Assembly (NCBI GenBank): GCA_919902765.1
Contig: CAKKRP010000063.1
Coordinates: 15,112-79,111, forward strand
Origin: Gammaproteobacteria bacterium
GTDB lineage: Bacteria; Pseudomonadota; Gammaproteobacteria; S012-40
DNA: 64,000 nt
Direction: 5' to 3'
Part shown: positions 1 to 9,445 of the stretch, one piece after another
Layout: each line of letters opens with the position of its first letter
Position numbering within the stretch: the stretch's first letter is position 1
The notes under the pieces: model-generated
The model's input: the letters and a program-made list of their open reading frames with translations, nothing else
Databases searched by the model: none
Told to the model about the DNA's origin: nothing
Program-made: the position numbers and the translations under genes

Positions 1-684
1 GAACTCATGCTCTCTCCATCCTGGATAATTGAAGTATTCATCAAAAACAATGATAGTACCTGCAACGATATTATTTTTTAGACCATCGAAGATCGTCTTA
101 GTTGAACTATATATATCACAATCAATATGTAGGAATTTCACGGACTTATTGGCATTCTTAATAAAATCCGGGAGTGTTTCGTTAAACCACCCTTTGACCA
201 ATCGCACATTATCTCGATGTACTTTAATATCCGGCACTTTTCCTTTCAGATCGAATTCCGCCATGATATGCTCAAAAAACCAATTTTCAGGCAGGCCTTC
301 GAATGCGTCAAAACCGTATACATAGGTATCAATCATATTGGCGATGTAAACCAGGGTTTCGCCTTTGTAAACACCAAACTCCAGCACCAAACCGTCATCC
401 AGAGATATTTCGCGTAGCGCGTCTTCCAACACCTCGAATCTACCCCGATTTTTCGGCAACCTATCCCCTCGAAATATTTTTGCCTTAAGCATATTCTTTA
501 CTACATAATCGGCGGTGTCTTCCGTCGCCTTCGAATAACACGCGACTTCAACGTCCCGTAGAGACCACACCAGTGTAGACCTAAAATGCATGCTCAGAAA
601 CGTCGCCAACTTCTCCAACGGTATTTGCATTTCCCTCGGCGCGGAACTTATATCCTGTATCGCCTTCTCAGCGGTTTGAGACAT
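1..684 (-). CDS. Class I SAM-dependent methyltransferase, TylF/MycF-like (C-terminus lies beyond the left edge)
   Basis: This ORF is missing from the supplied track because it runs off the window. ATG at 684, with AGGAGA 7 nt upstream on the minus strand. My translation reads MSQTAEKAIQ...GLVLEFGVYKGETL...FLHIDCDIYSSTKTIFDGL...VFDEYFNYPGWREHEF, which resembles macrocin-O-methyltransferase-type enzymes. Confidence 0.7.
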   Translation of the reverse strand, partial: MSQTAEKAIQDISSAPREMQIPLEKLATFLSMHFRSTLVWSLRDVEVACYSKATEDTADYVVKNMLKAKIFRGDRLPKNRGRFEVLEDALREISLDDGLVLEFGVYKGETLVYIANMIDTYVYGFDAFEGLPENWFFEHIMAEFDLKGKVPDIKVHRDNVRLVKGWFNETLPDFIKNANKSVKFLHIDCDIYSSTKTIFDGLKNNIVAGTIIVFDEYFNYPGWREHEF

Positions 685-699
685 TCAAATTTCTCCTGA

Positions 700-1533
700 T
701 TAAACGGCTTGTGACGTGGATTCAAGCATGACTTTTGTCAAGGTATGATTTTCTTTATCGAAACCGCTGGTCAAACTGGTGTCGGCGATAACGCGTATTT
801 CCATGCTCACACGCTCTTTCGTCATGCCTTCGGTAACATAGGTGCGATGAATGACACCCTCGGAAAACACAAGCGTATCGCCCCGCACCAATTGTGGATG
901 CCAAAATTTGTCCTTCCCCACCCATTCAACGATCATCTCGCGTGTAATGTGTATTTTATCAAATGCCTCGTTTTCCGGAAAAAACGGCATGGGTCGCGTT
1001 GGTTGAACACCATCAAATGGCACGGTCACTACCTCAACACTTGGCGCGTCTACACCACAATTCATAAATGGCGTCCAGTAATTTAATACCGATACCACGC
1101 CCTTGGTTTGAGTATATAAGTCCTGATGATAGGGTATTTGTCTATCTTTATTGTCTAATCGTTGGCGGCGCACTACTACCCTATTATTTTCTATAAACAA
1201 ATTCGCCGATCTAAAATAGCATGCCGAAATATCCCCTATGATGCTATTAGCCACATATTTTGCGATCATAGGAATTGCTGCGGATTCGCCAAATATAGCA
1301 ACCGGGCTTGCCACGCCAAATCGGTGTTGCCAGGACGCCTTAGGATCCAACTGGCGATTCTTTTTGCGCTCATCCTCGTACTCAAAAAATTGCATTATCG
1401 GCGCTTGCAGAGCGTCTAGGAATTGTAAATTAATCGCGCCGCGTATCACCACCGCGCCATACATTCTTAACATGCTGGCGATACGCTGTGGAACATCATT
1501 ATCCCTAAATTCCAGGTGAGAAAAATCGCTCAT
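700..1533 (-). CDS. Phytanoyl-CoA dioxygenase (PhyH) family Fe(II)/2-oxoglutarate oxygenase
   Basis: 277-aa ORF with an HxD iron-binding motif (IPYHQDLY), a distal His (GVIHRT) and the general PhyH layout. It starts 15 nt downstream of... rather, its stop lies 15 nt upstream of the methyltransferase start on the same strand. Confidence 0.65.
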   Translation of the reverse strand: MSDFSHLEFRDNDVPQRIASMLRMYGAVVIRGAINLQFLDALQAPIMQFFEYEDERKKNRQLDPKASWQHRFGVASPVAIFGESAAIPMIAKYVANSIIGDISACYFRSANLFIENNRVVVRRQRLDNKDRQIPYHQDLYTQTKGVVSVLNYWTPFMNCGVDAPSVEVVTVPFDGVQPTRPMPFFPENEAFDKIHITREMIVEWVGKDKFWHPQLVRGDTLVFSEGVIHRTYVTEGMTKERVSMEIRVIADTSLTSGFDKENHTLTKVMLESTSQAV

Positions 1534-1609
1534 CGAAGCACCATGTAAATAATCCTAGCCATCAACTATCTTGCAAGCGATGTACCTAAGATGCTCTTAC
1601 TAATGTTGT

Positions 1610-1721
1610 CGTTAGTAAAGCCACCTACCTGTCGGCGGGACGCCGTGAATACGTCCCTGTAGGCTTGACGGCGGCATCCCTGCCGCCGACACCCGCCATC
1701 ACGCAGGTGGCTTTACTAACG
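1610..1721. repeat. 112-bp nested palindromic (REP/MITE-like) intergenic element
   Basis: A perfect 17-bp inverted repeat (cgttagtaaagccacct at 1610-1626, aggtggctttactaacg at 1705-1721) encloses further hairpins: gggacg/cgtccc at 1637-1642/1652-1657, ggcggca/tgccgcc at 1670-1676/1681-1687, and tgtcggcgg/ccgccgaca at 1630-1638/1683-1691. Confidence 0.6.
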
Positions 1722-1727
1722 GAGTTC

Positions 1728-3314
1728 TTAGTAAACGGGCTTTTCACCCACAATACGCATATCGCGCGGTTCGCGTAACTTGTATTGCGCCGGTTCTTGC
1801 CGCAATTTGGTGAGGCCGGCTTCAGCGAGTACCTGTGCAAGACTGCGCGGAGTATATCCCCAACGGTGTATCATCAACGGGTCTCTCCACATAGGGTCGC
1901 CGTAGAACACCCACATGGTACGTTGACCTTCCTGCCCGGGTCCTGAAAATTTATCGGGGTCCTTTAAAAATTCCTCGCAGGCGGATAACAGGTTTGGACA
2001 TTCGACGATCATCTTTCCGCCCGGTTTCATTATCCGCACCCACTCCTTGAGCACATCCACTATTTCCCAACGCCAAAAATGTTCCACCACATGAACCGAG
2101 AGTATTTCATCAACGCTATCGTCTTCAAAGGGTGTTAATTTATGTAGATCGCATATGACATCCGGCGTTTTTCCGTTGCGAGATGGCGCAACATCCACAT
2201 TGGTGTAGCCGCTTAGTATTTTATCTCCGCACCCCAGATTTAAACGAATAATATTTTTTTCTGACGATTTAACTTTATTATTTTTTGCTATTTCATCGCG
2301 CGGAAAACCCTCAATAGCGCTTTTTATCGCACGTTCCCATTGCAATCCGATAGTCGATTGCGAATAATTATCCGCGATAAAACTCTGTGCATCCTTGATC
2401 TTTTTGTTAACCCCTGCATTGTTTTCGATGTATCGGTCTATTCCTTCGATGAGATCGTCGGTGAGCGTAATCCAAGGTGAAAATTCCTTGTACGAATCTA
2501 TTTCATTTGCGATGACGTAGGCGCCACGCCATAGCGATTCGGTCACACGATTGGCGCTTTTTGGCGTCTTGCGTATATTTTTTGCGTGGGGGATCACCAC
2601 TGCGTGGCACTGCGCAAGCGCGCCGCTGAGCAACTCTACACTCCATTCGTGCAGGTGTATGTTGATATTATTTTTTAAATTTTTTTGGATACCGTTAACA
2701 TAGTTTTTTAGGCTCTCCTCGATACGAGTAACTATATGATAATTAACATTTTTTAATGTATTAATTCGCGCCAGATTTGGCAAAAACCCGCCTAAAGAAT
2801 CGAAATTTACCGGATGTCCGAACCATAGTAATTCAACGCCGTGAGTAAACTCCGCGTGCGGTTCCGCTATAGCCATCTCGACGGGGTCCGGTATAACTAC
2901 ACTCCCTTTTCTCTCCATGACATCAGCAATAATATGCGCCATTTCTGCGGTATTGACCACAACAATATCTGCGGAAGTCACCAAATTCCTAAGATGCGGC
3001 CCCATAGCGTCGTGGTCGAAATTATTGTCGCAGACATCTACAATTACCGGTACTCTATTTTTTTTGGCGAGCTCGATTATTTTCTCTGTGACGGTTGTGA
3101 AACTTTTTGAGACGATGATCACGTCAAAACCTTTAACATTGGGAATGTTGGTAACATTTGTCTGCTCCGTTACCGCCAATATCTGTGTTTTATGACTGTG
3201 TTCCGCCAGCGCCTTCGCCGGCAACAACACGCGGTAACGGGCGCTCGCCAGATCGAATCCGGCTTGATTTCCAAATTTTTTTATCGGCGCTGACGTAATC
3301 CAAAGCATATCCAC
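1728..3314 (-). CDS. Bifunctional-looking protein: N-terminal glycosyltransferase-like (GT-B-like) region fused to a C-terminal class I SAM methyltransferase
   Basis: 528-aa ORF. The C-terminal third carries methyltransferase motif I (LNLGCGDKILSGYTNVDV) and the later VVEHF/MKPGG motifs. The GT assignment for the N-terminal ~350 aa is inferred from Rossmann-like alternation only. Confidence 0.6.
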   Translation of the reverse strand: MDMLWITSAPIKKFGNQAGFDLASARYRVLLPAKALAEHSHKTQILAVTEQTNVTNIPNVKGFDVIIVSKSFTTVTEKIIELAKKNRVPVIVDVCDNNFDHDAMGPHLRNLVTSADIVVVNTAEMAHIIADVMERKGSVVIPDPVEMAIAEPHAEFTHGVELLWFGHPVNFDSLGGFLPNLARINTLKNVNYHIVTRIEESLKNYVNGIQKNLKNNINIHLHEWSVELLSGALAQCHAVVIPHAKNIRKTPKSANRVTESLWRGAYVIANEIDSYKEFSPWITLTDDLIEGIDRYIENNAGVNKKIKDAQSFIADNYSQSTIGLQWERAIKSAIEGFPRDEIAKNNKVKSSEKNIIRLNLGCGDKILSGYTNVDVAPSRNGKTPDVICDLHKLTPFEDDSVDEILSVHVVEHFWRWEIVDVLKEWVRIMKPGGKMIVECPNLLSACEEFLKDPDKFSGPGQEGQRTMWVFYGDPMWRDPLMIHRWGYTPRSLAQVLAEAGLTKLRQEPAQYKLREPRDMRIVGEKPVY

Positions 3315-3548
3315 GCGAAACGATACCTCAGCTTAGCACTCATGAGTCCCATTTAATATAATGCGCGCAGTTCGATAGCCTAATCGCACATCGTGGAATC
3401 GACATAACGAATGCATCATTCCCTTGCGTAAGAAAGGAGGCAGAATGTGTGCCAGGGGGGGGTGCGCAAGGCGTTGCGCGGAACAACTATAGTGCTTTTT
3501 TTAATTCCGCAGTTGGCGCGTCATTTGCGTAATGCTTGTCTACGATAA

Positions 3549-4397
3549 ATGATCCAAGCACATTGTGTGGAGCAATCAGTGCCAGTCAACATCAATATTC
3601 CCGCTGAAAAATTACGCGAACGTAAACTGTTTGTCGCTACTCCGATGTATGGTGGCCAGTGTACGGGTATATACACTAAATCCATTGCCGATTTATCCGC
3701 ATTGTGTACCCACTACGGCATACAACTGCAAATGTATTTTCGCTTTAATGAATCATTAATTACGCGCGCGCGTAATTATTGCGTGGACGAGTTTCTACGC
3801 GGCCAGGCGACACATTTGATGTTTATCGATAGCGATATCGGCTTTAATCCACAGGATGTCCTTATTTTGCTGGCGCTGCAAGCGGACGAAAGCGACTATG
3901 ACGTGATAGGCGGTCCGTATCCAAAAAAATGTATCCGCTGGGACACCATTAAACGCGCCGTCGAACGCGGTGTCGCGGATGCGGATCCTAACGAGTTGGA
4001 AAAATATGTGGGCGACTACGTTTTCAATCGCGTCTCGGGCGGTCGGCCTATCACTCTCCATGACCCAGCCGAGGTAATGGAGATCGGCACGGGGTTTATG
4101 ATGATTCGCCGCAAGACATTCGAACATTTTCAGCGTGCGTTTCCACAGTACCGCTACCGCCCTGACCACGCGGGAGTTGATAATTTCGATGGCTCGCGCG
4201 AAATCACCATGTATTTCCAGGCGGAAATTGACCCAAAAAGCGCTCGCTATTTGTCCGAGGATTACTGGTTTTGCCAAAAAATTCGTGAGATCGGCCATAA
4301 AACATGGCTATGTCCGTGGATGCGTTTAGAGCATGTCGGATCGTATGTGTTCGGCGGCGCTTATACGGACCTGTCGGCGCTGGCCACCAAGATTTAA
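3549..4397 (+). CDS. Putative GT-A-fold glycosyltransferase
   Basis: 282-aa ORF. Its N-terminus (FVATPMYGGQC...) and a DxD-like motif (FIDSDIGF) are typical of small family-2-like glycosyltransferases. It is divergent from the GT-MTase gene. Confidence 0.45.
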   Translation: MIQAHCVEQSVPVNINIPAEKLRERKLFVATPMYGGQCTGIYTKSIADLSALCTHYGIQLQMYFRFNESLITRARNYCVDEFLRGQATHLMFIDSDIGFNPQDVLILLALQADESDYDVIGGPYPKKCIRWDTIKRAVERGVADADPNELEKYVGDYVFNRVSGGRPITLHDPAEVMEIGTGFMMIRRKTFEHFQRAFPQYRYRPDHAGVDNFDGSREITMYFQAEIDPKSARYLSEDYWFCQKIREIGHKTWLCPWMRLEHVGSYVFGGAYTDLSALATKI

Positions 4398-4473
4398 TGA
4401 ATAGTAAAAAATTGCTGGTTTTTTAACTATTTTTGAATATCTATCGGCCGTTTACGGCACCACCAAATACTTC

Positions 4474-4809
4474 TCAGAATTTCTTATATTGAGCCGCCGC
4501 GTTGCTGCCATTTTTTAATGCTGCAAGCTTGTTGGCAAGGACATCCCGCGCGTCGGTAGCCAAGTACATCACCTGTTTATTCATATCCAGCACGGATTGC
4601 AGACGCTGTTGAATTTCAGATTTTATCTCATCATCGTAGGAAGTTATATTCGGCAATAACTCGATGTTTTTACGTTCATTTTCGAGCTGCGTCACTTCTT
4701 CCCATGCGCCTTGCTTAGCCGCCTGCAACATGCGTTCACTACAAGAGTACAGTTCATCGATTCTAGCGCGTAATTTTTCCAAATCATTCTCTGTCAATAT
4801 ATCTTCCAT
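4474..4809 (-). CDS. fliT: FliT-like flagellar export chaperone
   Basis: Small helical acidic protein directly downstream of fliS, the canonical fliD-fliS-fliT order. It contains the motif AAKQGAWEEVTQLENER. I prefer ATG 4809 (AGGAG upstream) over the GTG at 4848 given in the ORF track. Confidence 0.55.
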   Translation of the reverse strand: MEDILTENDLEKLRARIDELYSCSERMLQAAKQGAWEEVTQLENERKNIELLPNITSYDDEIKSEIQQRLQSVLDMNKQVMYLATDARDVLANKLAALKNGSNAAAQYKKF

Positions 4810-4854
4810 GAACTCAGACTCCTGACCACGCTCGTTTATATCGCGCACAATTTA

Positions 4855-5280
4855 TCACTGCCCTGATTGTACAAATTTCTCTACGTCTAATTTTGACGGT
4901 ATAGTGTCCCATGCTTCTTTGATGGAGCGTATCAAACCTGCGACCTCATCTAGCATCTCAATATTATTATGTATATTCGCTTCTACAAGACGACGCTGCA
5001 TATAGTCGTATACGGCCTCTAAATTTGCGGCGAGTTCACCGCCGTTTTTATGATCCAAACTGATACGCAAGCCATCAATGATGGAGATAGACCAACTGAT
5101 ATACACGCCTTTATCGGCGACTTCCTTACGTTCCATAAAGCCCTTGGCGGCCGCTATTTTGTCCAGCGCGCCCTCCATCAACATCTGTATCAATCGATGC
5201 GGGTTGGCGTACTCGCCCGCCGTACGCGTGTTCATCTTCGCGTATTTGTCGATCGCGTTCTTCGCTTCACTTGACCTCAT
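4855..5280 (-). CDS. fliS: Flagellar export chaperone FliS
   Basis: 141 aa. The N-terminus (YAKMNTRTAGEYANPHRLIQMLMEGALDKIAAAKG) is the typical FliS signature. It sits downstream of fliD. Confidence 0.9.
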   Translation of the reverse strand: MRSSEAKNAIDKYAKMNTRTAGEYANPHRLIQMLMEGALDKIAAAKGFMERKEVADKGVYISWSISIIDGLRISLDHKNGGELAANLEAVYDYMQRRLVEANIHNNIEMLDEVAGLIRSIKEAWDTIPSKLDVEKFVQSGQ

Positions 5281-5328
5281 AATATGCTCCCGCCCTTGTG
5301 ACGTAAGTTAATACCGCTAACAAAAAAA

Positions 5329-7362
5329 CTACTTTTTCACCGAAAATTGGTTCGTCAGATAACTTCCCAATGAATTCAGCTTTCCAACCAAGCTATCCAT
5401 CGCACTGTATTGACTAATCAGTCTCTCTTTCAATTTCTGCAAATGTACTTCCAGGTTGCCACGCGCCTTATTTATGTCTGAAATTTCATCCTGAAAAATC
5501 TTCTGACGATGTGAGAATACTCCATCGCTACTTGATAAGTATCCGTTTAGATAGCTATACATTTCAGACCCAACGCCGGTGATGGCGGCTTGTGTCGGCG
5601 CATAATAGGTACCAGTGGTTGATCCGGTATACTGTACCTGCGCAGCGGCATAGGGTCCGCTACCGGTTAATATAGCGCCCGCACCCGTAGCAGCCACACC
5701 GCCAATGGTACCTTGAATATCCGTACCGCCGGCCGACACACCCGCAGCACCACCTATACCATAGTTGCTACTCATACTTGCCGTAAATGCAGAAATGCTG
5801 ACGGAAGAAGCGGCGCCCACGGTTGCCGACTTGAATAAAAATTTATTTGTCGCAACATCATAGCTAACGGTCACGGTTTTTCCTGCGGCCGCTAAGGTCG
5901 CATCGGCGTTAACCAAGGTTTGAATTCCAGTCGCCAGCGCGGCGCCGCTGTTATACGTCGTGCTATTCGGCATGGCGATCGTGCCAGACACCACACCATC
6001 AACATTGATTGAAAATGTGTCTTGCGTTTGCGCGTTCGCGGCGGTTGTATATGGAAACGCCACTACGGTTCCAACGTCGCTGGTATATTGGCCCTGCGAC
6101 GCGGCCGTGGTCACAACCACATCCAGCGATCCCGCTGTCATACCTGTGGGGACCGCCAACCAACTTAGCCCGGAAATAGTCGATGATGACGATGCCGGCG
6201 GCGGTCCTCCCGCAAAAAGTTGTTCTACCTCGCCCATTTTTGTCGCCATCGCCGTTTCAAACGTGGCCTTTGTAAATGAAAGGGAACCGTCTTTCTGGAA
6301 CTGTATGCCTACGCTAGATAATGTTCTATATGTCGTTGACGCATCGCCAACCGTTCTTGAAATCAGTCTATGCAAACCGGTTTGCAGACCCCATATCATA
6401 GAGTCGCCTAACATCGTACCGCTTGCCTTTGAAGCCTTGTCATAATATGACGATTCTTTCAATGTCTTCGTCATCTCGTTATATTTGTTTACAAAATTGG
6501 CGACGGCGCTGGTCGCGCCACTCGAATCACTTGCTATCGTTACACTGGCGACTGTTCCTGGCGCTTGTTTTTTAAGCGCAAGGGTCACGCCGCTTAATGC
6601 ATCCGTTACGGTATTCGTGGCGCTGGTGACATTGATCCCATCGATGCGCACCAAGGCATCCTGCGCGGCGACCGTTTGAGTCATATTTTGGACGCCCGCA
6701 GGATCAAAGACCAATCCCGACAAACCCGCAGCATCTGTATTATTGCCATCGGCATCCGCCGCACTCAAACGTATACTACTGGCGGCCCCCGCTTGCGAGG
6801 CTACCACCAATTGATATCCCGCCCCGGTATTAACTATAGTCGCGGTAACGCCGACTTTTGCGTTATTAATCGCGTCGCGCACCCCCGCCAGGCTTCCATC
6901 GGTCACGGTGATCGTTTTGCTAGAACGCGCGGCGTCAGCCGTGAATATGCCCCCGCTAAATGTGCCTAGATCTAAGGTGAGCGTTCCTGTGCCCACCAAT
7001 TGTGAGGTGGTATCCGCATATGCCGCAGAGGCCAATGAATGCGCCTGCGCCAACTGAGAGACTTCTATAGTGTGTACACCGGCTGCATTACCATTGGCGG
7101 CAGTTGCGGTAAACAAGGTCGTATCGCTAGACGTTGCTTTATATGATCTGAATGTTCCTGATACTTTTAGCGAGGAAATTACCGATTGCAGTTCCGCCAT
7201 TGCGGATTTTATCCCGCCCATGACAGAAATCTTGGCCTGTATGCGCGTCTCTTTTTTATCTAATGCATCGGCGCGCGGCTTCGCCTCATACTGCAACAAC
7301 TGTTGCACTAAGCCTTGTATATCTATGCCGGAACCCACGCCTAAACCACTAATCGACGCCAT
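5329..7362 (-). CDS. fliD: Flagellar filament cap protein FliD
   Basis: 677 aa. It has the FliD N-terminus (MASISGLGVGSGIDIQGLVQQLL..EAKPR) and C-terminal heptads (SQYSAMDSLVGKLNS). Confidence 0.9.
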   Translation of the reverse strand: MASISGLGVGSGIDIQGLVQQLLQYEAKPRADALDKKETRIQAKISVMGGIKSAMAELQSVISSLKVSGTFRSYKATSSDTTLFTATAANGNAAGVHTIEVSQLAQAHSLASAAYADTTSQLVGTGTLTLDLGTFSGGIFTADAARSSKTITVTDGSLAGVRDAINNAKVGVTATIVNTGAGYQLVVASQAGAASSIRLSAADADGNNTDAAGLSGLVFDPAGVQNMTQTVAAQDALVRIDGINVTSATNTVTDALSGVTLALKKQAPGTVASVTIASDSSGATSAVANFVNKYNEMTKTLKESSYYDKASKASGTMLGDSMIWGLQTGLHRLISRTVGDASTTYRTLSSVGIQFQKDGSLSFTKATFETAMATKMGEVEQLFAGGPPPASSSSTISGLSWLAVPTGMTAGSLDVVVTTAASQGQYTSDVGTVVAFPYTTAANAQTQDTFSINVDGVVSGTIAMPNSTTYNSGAALATGIQTLVNADATLAAAGKTVTVSYDVATNKFLFKSATVGAASSVSISAFTASMSSNYGIGGAAGVSAGGTDIQGTIGGVAATGAGAILTGSGPYAAAQVQYTGSTTGTYYAPTQAAITGVGSEMYSYLNGYLSSSDGVFSHRQKIFQDEISDINKARGNLEVHLQKLKERLISQYSAMDSLVGKLNSLGSYLTNQFSVKK

Positions 7363-7466
7363 ACGTCACCTCAAAAACCAACAACACCCCCACTCACGAT
7401 CTATCTCTGCCACAATTATCAACTACTGCTATTTCAAGCTATGTTAAATAGGCAATCTCTATACCA

Positions 7467-7883
7467 TCAGGTGTTGGAATCCAGTAAAAACCCATCTAAC
7501 TTCTTGCCTGCATCCATGCGCTTCACCATTTCTACGAGTTCTTCGGAGGGTATTTGCCGTATAATTTCATTAGTCGAGCTATCAATGATCTTAACCACCG
7601 CAATACCAGTATCATTATCCACACGTATGTTCAATACGCGGCCCATGGCCTGATCGACATATTCCTTTAAATGCCGCACTACATTATCCATTTGGCTTTT
7701 AGTTATTTCAGCGGGAACATTATCTTGCGCCGTAGCGATTGGAATTTCTTGGAGTACGGGCGTCGCCTTGCCGGTAGACGGCAATTCTTGCCTAGGAGGA
7801 GCTTTGCCTTGCACGCCATCCGTGGTGTTCGTGCCCGCTCCACCCCCGACTACTGAGCTTGTTGCAGACATGACGGGTAACAT
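7467..7883 (-). CDS. flaG: FlaG family flagellar protein
   Basis: 138 aa. The C-terminal region (LNIRVDNDTGIAVVKIIDSSTNEIIRQIPSEE) is characteristic of FlaG. It lies between flagellin and fliD. Confidence 0.85.
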   Translation of the reverse strand: MLPVMSATSSVVGGGAGTNTTDGVQGKAPPRQELPSTGKATPVLQEIPIATAQDNVPAEITKSQMDNVVRHLKEYVDQAMGRVLNIRVDNDTGIAVVKIIDSSTNEIIRQIPSEELVEMVKRMDAGKKLDGFLLDSNT

Positions 7884-7907
7884 ACTGGGTACCTCTTAAC
7901 TGAAACG

Positions 7908-7930
7908 AAGGGCGGCGGTATGCCGCCCTT
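7908..7930 (-). terminator. Hairpin terminator downstream of flagellin 1
   Basis: aagggcggc-ggtat-gccgccctt is a 9-bp GC-rich stem 22 nt past the flagellin stop. On the minus strand it is followed by cgtttc, a weak U tract. Confidence 0.5.
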
Positions 7931-7951
7931 GCGTCTAACCTATCTTACTGA

Positions 7952-9445
7952 TTACCTCAACAGACTGAGCACGTTTTGTTGCGACGTGTTGGCCTGGGCT
8001 AACATCGCGGTGCCGGCTTGTTGCAGAATCTGCGCACGCGAAAGCGCCGCAGTTTCCACCGCAAAGTCGGCGTCTTGGATACGCGACCGCGCACCGCTCA
8101 TGTTTTCAACGCTGGTTTGGATATTGCGTATCGTTGAATCGAAGCGCGATTGCAAGGCCCCGAACTTGGCGCGTTGACTGCTGATCTGCTGGAGCGCGGA
8201 ATCCGCGATGGTCAGCGCCAGCTTCGCAGCGTTGACACTGCTGACATCTAAATTCGCCACCTGCTGCAACAACGACGCCTCTGACGCCGCAGATATCACC
8301 CATCCCGTAAAGGTCAGGCCCGATTGCACGGTAAAGGACTTATCGGAATCGAAGTAGACTTGACCTTCAACTAGCATCGTGCCCGCAGTACCTGCAGAGC
8401 TGGTCAACGACGCGGTGTTGGTACCGCCGGCAACAGTGCCGTTGATATCCAAGCCCGTCATCGTTACCGTACCGGCATTGGTATATGCAGTAGCGTTCAA
8501 TTGGATATTGTCGCCGGTATAACTATGCAGGATGATGGCCGTGCCGTCCGATTTAACCTCCGCAACAACACCCGTGGTGGCTGTAAACTGGTTGATTGCG
8601 GTAGACGCCGAGGTTAAGGCATCCACACCGGTATTGGCGGTTAAATTAAAGCTCAAGGTAGACGCCGTGGTGTTGCGGCTCAACATCGTAAACACATAGG
8701 CACCGGATGAACTGAAGGCCAACTGCGCGTTGGTTTCACCAAAGGCCTCTACACCGGTCGTCGGCGTATACAAATTGATATTGTTTGCAATCGTACCCGC
8801 AGATTGACCGTTGGCGGTGGCGATCGTTGCAATACCCAGCGGCGAGGTGATAATCAACGTACCCGTGGTGGCGCGTGTACTGGTGGAAACCGTAGTACTC
8901 GCCACCGTCGAACCATATCCTAACACGCGATAGTCACCGTAATTTGCAGTCGTAAAATTACCGGTGCTCATCACGATGGTCTGATTGGCGTTGGCGCCCA
9001 CTTGGAAAAACGCCGTGCCGAACGTACCATCTAAGATTTTTTGTCCGTTAAATTCGGACGAACGCGCGATACGTTCAAGTTCCGCCGTTAACTGACTGAC
9101 TTCCGCATTCAACGATTGACGATCAGAGGATGAGTTAGTGGCGTTAATGGACTGCACCGCCAATTCACGCACACGTTGCAGAATGTTACCTGCTTCTTGT
9201 AAACCACCTTCTGCGACCTGAGCAAGTGAGACGCCGTCATTGGCGTTCAACTCGGCGCGGCTCAAACCACGGATTTGCGACGAAAAGCGCTCGACAATGG
9301 CCAAACCTGCGGCATCGTCGCGTGCGCTATTAATGCGCAAACCGGAAGATAAACGTTGCAGCGAGATCTTCAATGCGTTTTGCGAAGTGTTCAAATTTCG
9401 CTGCGCATTCAACGACATAATATTAGTGTTAATAATTTGCGGCAT
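7952..9445 (-). CDS. fliC: Flagellin (copy 1, promoter-distal)
   Basis: Conserved D0/D1 termini (MPQIINTNIMSLNAQRNL... and ...QILQQAGTAMLAQANTSQQNVLSLLR). The start is placed at the conserved MPQIINTN (ATG 9445), not at the 17-codon upstream extension in the ORF track. Confidence 0.93.
   Translation of the reverse strand: MPQIINTNIMSLNAQRNLNTSQNALKISLQRLSSGLRINSARDDAAGLAIVERFSSQIRGLSRAELNANDGVSLAQVAEGGLQEAGNILQRVRELAVQSINATNSSSDRQSLNAEVSQLTAELERIARSSEFNGQKILDGTFGTAFFQVGANANQTIVMSTGNFTTANYGDYRVLGYGSTVASTTVSTSTRATTGTLIITSPLGIATIATANGQSAGTIANNINLYTPTTGVEAFGETNAQLAFSSSGAYVFTMLSRNTTASTLSFNLTANTGVDALTSASTAINQFTATTGVVAEVKSDGTAIILHSYTGDNIQLNATAYTNAGTVTMTGLDINGTVAGGTNTASLTSSAGTAGTMLVEGQVYFDSDKSFTVQSGLTFTGWVISAASEASLLQQVANLDVSSVNAAKLALTIADSALQQISSQRAKFGALQSRFDSTIRNIQTSVENMSGARSRIQDADFAVETAALSRAQILQQAGTAMLAQANTSQQNVLSLLR

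Noticed and set aside
29-488. Three plus-strand ORFs (98, 66 and 61 aa) at the left edge
   Set aside because: They lie antisense to a much longer minus-strand frame (1-684) that has a good SD and clear methyltransferase motifs. Their translations are low-complexity and have no recognisable features.
1625-1840. 71-aa minus-strand ORF
   Set aside because: Part of it lies inside the palindromic intergenic element and it overlaps the 3' end of the GT-MTase gene in another frame. Its sequence (…GGRDAAVKPTGTYSRRPADR) is what REP-like repeats typically translate to.
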